From: a bacterium
GTDB lineage: Bacteria > UBA8248
Length of the DNA stretch: 64,000 bases
Assembly (NCBI GenBank): GCA_965203325.1
Contig: OZ241875.1
Span: 1,920,001 to 1,984,000, forward strand
Reading direction: 5' to 3'
A program made the translations under genes and the position numbers. A model generated the notes under the pieces. The model did not search any database. It worked only from the letters and a program-made list of their open reading frames with translations, and was not told where the DNA came from. Shown in pieces: positions 59,419 to 64,000 of the stretch (its first letter is position 1; the number at the start of each line of letters is the position of its first letter).

Positions 59419-60683
59419 AGTTTGCTGTCGATTGGCATGAACTTGCCGAAAACTCAGCGCCCGAGGAAAGGGCTACAGTTGCGGACCTTCGGGTATCTGT
59501 CCGGGAAGCGAACATCTGTGATCACCTGTTCGGCGACGAGCTCGAGCTTACCGATCATGTGACCGTGTCGGTGTATCCCATGGCTGAGGGGATTGCGCTG
59601 GACTGGTGGAACATATTCGGGAGACGCAAGGACAAATACAAGTTAATCAGGCGCAGGGGTGGATACGTCATTCCAGATATTTTCATGCACTATGACGGCG
59701 CAGCGTTCGAGTTCGGTTGTGATGAGCACCATGATCACAATGCATTTGTCTGGTTTCCGTGTGAAGAGAGTGAAATTCTGCAGAGAGGTCATGCGGAAAA
59801 GGAATTGACCGGCTTTATAGAAAAAATACTGAAGCGTTTGGACGACGAAGGTATCAGCGAAAGTGGTTTGCAATTGCGTTGGAAACGCGTTCGAGCGTCA
59901 CTTGAGAATCCGGACGAAGTGGCTTTTTGCGAGGCGGCCGGCGCATTGCGCCTGGACCCTTACAATTTGTCCGAGAGTGATGCGAAATTCATCTTGAAAG
60001 CGAACGACTTCTTTCAGGGTGAGCCTTTAGCGGAATTTTTGTCGGCGCTGCATGGTCCGGGTGCGACAGACGCATTAGACTGGATTGAGACAGTCGAACG
60101 ACGACCACGTTATCGGTCACGACTACCAGTGGCGAAGCATTTGCAGGATGCACTTTCGTCGTTTCGTGCAATTCGGGAAGGTGAGAGAGCTTGGGCAAGA
60201 GGATATAGGTGTGCCAGGGCCGCGCGTCGAGAACTGAATCTCAAGGAAAGCGACCGTTTAGCTTCCGGGGAGGAACTCGCTGACCGTCTTAAGGCGCCAA
60301 AATTTGAATCAGCGTCGACATTTCGAGGGCTGCGTGCTCTCGTAAATTCGAGAGACGATAGTGTCGACATACACCTTTCTGACACCGTTCCACAGCAAGG
60401 TAAGACTGCGTGGCTGTTCGGCTTCGGACGAGCTCTCGGTGAAGTGGTTGCGAATCAACCTGCGCCAAGAGCTGTTGTCAATGACCTCCGGGACGCGTCT
60501 CGGCAGGCAGCCAACCGAGCCTTTGCTGCGGAGTTTCTTGCTCCGGTCAACGAAATTCTTGCCATGCACGAAGATTCGATGGACATTAGCGCAATTGCGG
60601 TAGAGTTCGGAGTTTCGGATCAGGTCATAGAGCGCCAACTTGAGAACTCTCATAACATTAAGTGGGCGTGCAGTACTGGATGA
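59415..60683 (+). CDS. ImmA/IrrE-like protein lacking HExxH, with unknown N-terminal domain
   Basis: FGFGRALGE in place of FTLAHELGH; QAANRAFAAEFLAP; IAVEFGVS..VIERQLEN. Confidence 0.7.
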   Translation: MKFAVDWHELAENSAPEERATVADLRVSVREANICDHLFGDELELTDHVTVSVYPMAEGIALDWWNIFGRRKDKYKLIRRRGGYVIPDIFMHYDGAAFEFGCDEHHDHNAFVWFPCEESEILQRGHAEKELTGFIEKILKRLDDEGISESGLQLRWKRVRASLENPDEVAFCEAAGALRLDPYNLSESDAKFILKANDFFQGEPLAEFLSALHGPGATDALDWIETVERRPRYRSRLPVAKHLQDALSSFRAIREGERAWARGYRCARAARRELNLKESDRLASGEELADRLKAPKFESASTFRGLRALVNSRDDSVDIHLSDTVPQQGKTAWLFGFGRALGEVVANQPAPRAVVNDLRDASRQAANRAFAAEFLAPVNEILAMHEDSMDISAIAVEFGVSDQVIERQLENSHNIKWACSTG

Positions 60684-60773
60684 GATGGAGTGGGAGAATA
60701 CCCACACCTGCATAGAGCATTGATGTTGCCTTGAGCTGGAGCAGGATTAAAACCGTACTGACAAGCCGAAGAG

Positions 60774-61332
60774 ATGCTAGCTAAGCTTTATGATAACGGT
60801 CATGACAGAACGATAAGTCAATCCTTTGACAAGTTCCACGCAATCCTCGGTGCTTCTAACGCAAAGTTCATGCTCGCATACATGGCCGAAATCAACTTAG
60901 GGGTAAACGGACGGGAATGTAACAAGCTCCGTATTGCGGACGGTATCGAAGTAATAGAGAGAGCCGTTAATGGCGGGTTGTTTTCGCCAGGGTCTTTGCT
61001 TTACTGTGTTGGCAATGGCTGGCTCGCCTTGGAGGAGTACGAAAAGGCAAGGGACGCCTATAATTTCGCTTTGGTCCTTCTAGATTCAAGCCAACGCATC
61101 AAATGTCGCGGCCCCATGCTGCAAGAATCTTGGAACAGCACTGGAAAAGCTGGACAAACCGGAAGCGGCTTACGCTACCTACACCCAGGCACTGGCACTG
61201 GACCCCAACCTTCCTGAAGCACATTTCGCACTTGCTCTCTGGTACAATCGCAATAGTACGGACCTTGGTCGTGCCCTAGAACATCAGCTATCGTCGAAGT
61301 TCCGGAATGACCTCCCAATGCTTCGAACTTAG
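60774..61332 (+). pseudogene. Frameshifted, truncated TPR protein
   Basis: LLYCVGNGWLALEEYEKARDAYNFAL, then a frameshift to KNLGTALEKLDKPEAAYATYTQALALDPNLPEAHFALA. Confidence 0.7.
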
Positions 61333-61515
61333 ACTGTAATTGAGAAGAGTTTTTTCTTGAGGATTCGCATGTGGTTCATAGGGTGTCGGAGTCAACGCGG
61401 ATGGGTTACCGATTTAGCGGAGTGTCTAGCCCGCGAGGAACGGGGCGTGTATCGGAGGATGTGAACTCTCGCAATCCGAGAGGCTACCACCCTTCCCACT
61501 GACTTGAGGACCGTA

Positions 61516-62568
61516 ATGCAGTTTGGATTTGTCAGTAGGCTCTACAGGCATCCAGAGGACGAAATTTCCCTTCGCGATGTCTGGGGCATCGACGACGTTG
61601 AACTTAACGCTGAAGCCCAACTTGCCTGGAAGTACCTTCAGGACGGCGGCGAACTTGCCGAATTGCATCGCCGCGTCGCCTGGCTGTCCCAGGCCATCAT
61701 CGAATTTACGGACCTTATGGACTTTAACCCTTCCCAAAGGGGACGTGTGCAACGTAAGAACTACCTGTATTTCGAAGCAGTCAGCGCAATGCGCGAAGCA
61801 ACCGTTGGGATGCTCAATGGATCGCCCAGGGCGTCAACGGGACTGTTGCGCTCCGTCCTCGAAATGTTTCTGCTTCATTGTTGGTGGCAGGTGCGCATGT
61901 CGCAGAAGAATTCAACCGCGAAATTCTACGATTGGCTGGAGGGAAACAAGAACAACCCGCGTTTCAGGGATGTGGTAAAGGGTAATTTCAAATGTCTCGG
62001 AATCCCCGGTGGCGACGATGCGCTCAATAAAGTGAATGACGTATACCGGCGGCTCTGCTCATATGTCCACGCACCGTTGCTGTCGGAATCAATGACGACC
62101 CTGGGTCAAGGTAATCTGCGTGACGTGTCGGCCCCGGTCCTGCGCCATTGGCTGGAACTGGCCCGGGACACGCTCCGTATTGCCCTGGAGCATCTTGTCC
62201 ATCTCAAGCCGCAATGCCTGTTTCCGGTCGACATACCCAGGAAGTTCGCTTTCAGACCGCCCGTTGGAATGTACTTTGACGCGTTCAATGTCGTTCCGCT
62301 CAAGGCCGTGTTCGGCGAACACCGAATCAAGGAGTATCGCGCGAGATTGAATGATCATGAAATCGTTCAAATGGTTATGGATGTATACAACTCCTGGCCG
62401 GACCAGACGATCGAACAGATACAGGAATGTTGGGATAATCAATGCGCCGCCGAGTTCGATAGCGAAGTTCCGGAGGATGTGGCGTCTCGCTGGTTCCTCG
62501 AAAAATCCAGAATGCGCGTCCTTTACATGATGCTATCCTATGCTAAGCCGCTGGGACCGCACTGGTGA
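61516..62568 (+). CDS. Hypothetical protein with HEPN-like helical signature
   Basis: ASTGLLRSVLE ... VYRRLCSYVH. Confidence 0.55.
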   Translation: MQFGFVSRLYRHPEDEISLRDVWGIDDVELNAEAQLAWKYLQDGGELAELHRRVAWLSQAIIEFTDLMDFNPSQRGRVQRKNYLYFEAVSAMREATVGMLNGSPRASTGLLRSVLEMFLLHCWWQVRMSQKNSTAKFYDWLEGNKNNPRFRDVVKGNFKCLGIPGGDDALNKVNDVYRRLCSYVHAPLLSESMTTLGQGNLRDVSAPVLRHWLELARDTLRIALEHLVHLKPQCLFPVDIPRKFAFRPPVGMYFDAFNVVPLKAVFGEHRIKEYRARLNDHEIVQMVMDVYNSWPDQTIEQIQECWDNQCAAEFDSEVPEDVASRWFLEKSRMRVLYMMLSYAKPLGPHW

Positions 62569-63379
62569 GGAACGACAGCAGGTCCGACGGAACGGAAAGC
62601 ACAAGCGGGTGTTCGGGCTTGTTTCGACTGCGGCAGGCCCTCCCTCAACAGCCTACGGTTTCGAGACCGCCGTCTCCGAAAACTGTGCCGCTTTCAGCAC
62701 GGTGGGGTGGTATGCCGGATATGGATCGCGGCATTCCGCAATTGCGCACGATGCATCATCGTCCGAGGCACATGACGAAGAAAGACCGGTGCCACCCGGC
62801 TACCGCTACGAATAACACCTCCCGGGCATCGTTCGGCAGATGGGCCGCGAGATACACATTCGATTCCCCAATGGTACGGAACCCTGTGATCACGGTGTCG
62901 GAGACTGGTGCCGCGAGCCCGTTCGTTCTGCACGGACAAGCATCGTTCTGCAACGTTTTTCCACGCCGGACATTGTCTGTGGGGGTAGAAAAGCGCGATG
63001 ACCGAGACTAGGATATCTTCAAGAGGTTGCCCGGACCATGGGCTTAATTACGACTCGACCTTGGTCTCGTATTCATCCTGTCCGTCGATTATCTATTTCT
63101 CCTGTTCCGCACTGAACCAGGAGAACAGGAGTTACGGCGTCTTTGAGATTGCGTCCGTGACGATGACCATATGATAGTCATCGGCATTTGCTTAGAACCT
63201 GTCGTACTCGTTCAATCAGAACCCGACGAGGGTTTTAAACAAGACAGGCTTTTTATCTCGATTCTGAAACGTACCCTAGCGCCTAAGTGGAATGTGCTTT
63301 CGACATCAGGACACACCACCTGTGCACGCTCTAAGGGTGTCAACCGAAACGGGTCAATTTCAATTTTCAGCACTGTACC

Positions 63380-63500
63380 TTGCTAGACGAGCACTTCCGC
63401 GTCATGGGCAGAAAGACGTTCTATGACAGCATCAACAAGCAGAAATATCTCGATGCCTACCTCGTCAACTACAACATCAAGCGCCCCCAGAAGGCTGGCG
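63380..63500 (+). pseudogene. IS481-family transposase C-terminal remnant
   Basis: LLDEHFRVMGRKTFYDSI..LDAYLVNYNIKRP. Confidence 0.6.
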
Positions 63501-63715
63501 CAAAAACGGCAAAACATCCGACGAAGTCTTCCTGCGGAGCCAGGGGCCTGTCTCGATTTCTCCGCTTTTGGCCGCCTGTAGTCGTCTTTCCGATAGCATA
63601 TGAGCGCTCTGAAGTGCAGCTTGTCGAGTGCGGTTTTGCTACAGAAACGCCGCGGGTTTGACGATGACCCTCCCTGAGAGTGACGTTCGGGAAGGAGATT
63701 TGAGAGGGTATTATC

Positions 63716-64000
63716 TCATTTTGAAGTATCTTCCAGGAGCGTAGACTGCGAGTCACGGGCGTCTTTCATGGTCCGGTCGAGTTCATTCTTGCGTCCTTCG
63801 CGCACCAATTCATCCCGCTTCAGCGTGGAAAGAAGGTAAACCCCGCGATAGATCCGCTCTATCTGGGCTGCGATTTCAGGTGGAAACCCCGGAGAATTTG
63901 CGGTCAGCTTGCCCGTAGCGAAACCCAATGCGGCATGGCGAACGAGTTCGGCGGCCGTCATTCCGCGCTCCCTGGCCTCCTTTTCAATGCAAGTCCACTC
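63716..64000 (-). CDS. Probable ribbon-helix-helix (CopG-like) protein, 5' end outside the window
   Basis: EWTCIEKEARERGMTAAELVRHAA; frame is open to the window end. Confidence 0.5.
   Translation of the reverse strand, partial: EWTCIEKEARERGMTAAELVRHAALGFATGKLTANSPGFPPEIAAQIERIYRGVYLLSTLKRDELVREGRKNELDRTMKDARDSQSTLLEDTSK

Larger units (their letters stand above)
37600..64000. mobile_element. Mosaic integrative/mobilisable genomic island with defence cargo (boundaries approximate)
   Basis: Integrases, coupling protein + relaxase, IS remnants, AT-richer defence genes, and none of the REP cassettes seen in the left half. Confidence 0.75.

Noticed and set aside
62565..63380. ORFs 62565-63011 and 63171-63386 and possible IS-end fragments
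   Set aside because: Look like decayed sequence; no family or paired ends could be assigned.
1..64000. CRISPR array, tRNA (including selC) or rRNA
   Set aside because: No regularly spaced direct repeats with unique spacers, cloverleaf or rRNA-like sequence found by eye; the repeats present are dispersed palindromes.
1..64000. Taxonomic assignment (impression of a Nitrospinota-like or sponge-associated bacterium)
   Set aside because: No marker gene in the window; the impression cannot be supported without a search.

Overview
Bacterial chromosomal window, mostly GC-rich, in two parts. The left part (1-~37,500) is largely housekeeping and transport: a degP/dacZ-like operon, EamA transporters, selA-hydrolase-selB-PLP enzyme, chdC/hemQ-like, SCO, a triple-domain Rid protein, an M20 hydrolase with a NitT/TauT ABC transporter, and three tandem SulP paralogues. 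It is interrupted by toxin-antitoxin genes, restriction-modification scars and several families of palindromic REP/MITE-like repeats. The right part (~37,600-64,000) is a mosaic mobile/defence island: two tandem intact tyrosine integrases, an Mrr-like restriction nuclease, a nuclease-NACHT (STAND) protein, a TraD-like coupling protein plus MOBF relaxase-helicase with no mating-pore genes in view, IS1595/IS21/IS481 remnants, a 2-TM SLATT-like gene, a Y-family polymerase with a small Zn-ribbon partner, a divergent diadenylate-cyclase-like protein with a long N-terminal region, a putative toxin paired with an ImmA/IrrE-like protein lacking HExxH, and a HEPN-like protein. Best candidates for undescribed biology: the putative toxin/pseudo-ImmA pair (59,014-60,683), the island DAC-like protein (56,237-58,009), a 'ghost' type I R-M operon whose hsd genes were deleted while their passengers survived (6,181-8,552), and composite REP cassettes with IS-like ends. 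All calls come from reading motifs by eye; no database searches were run.
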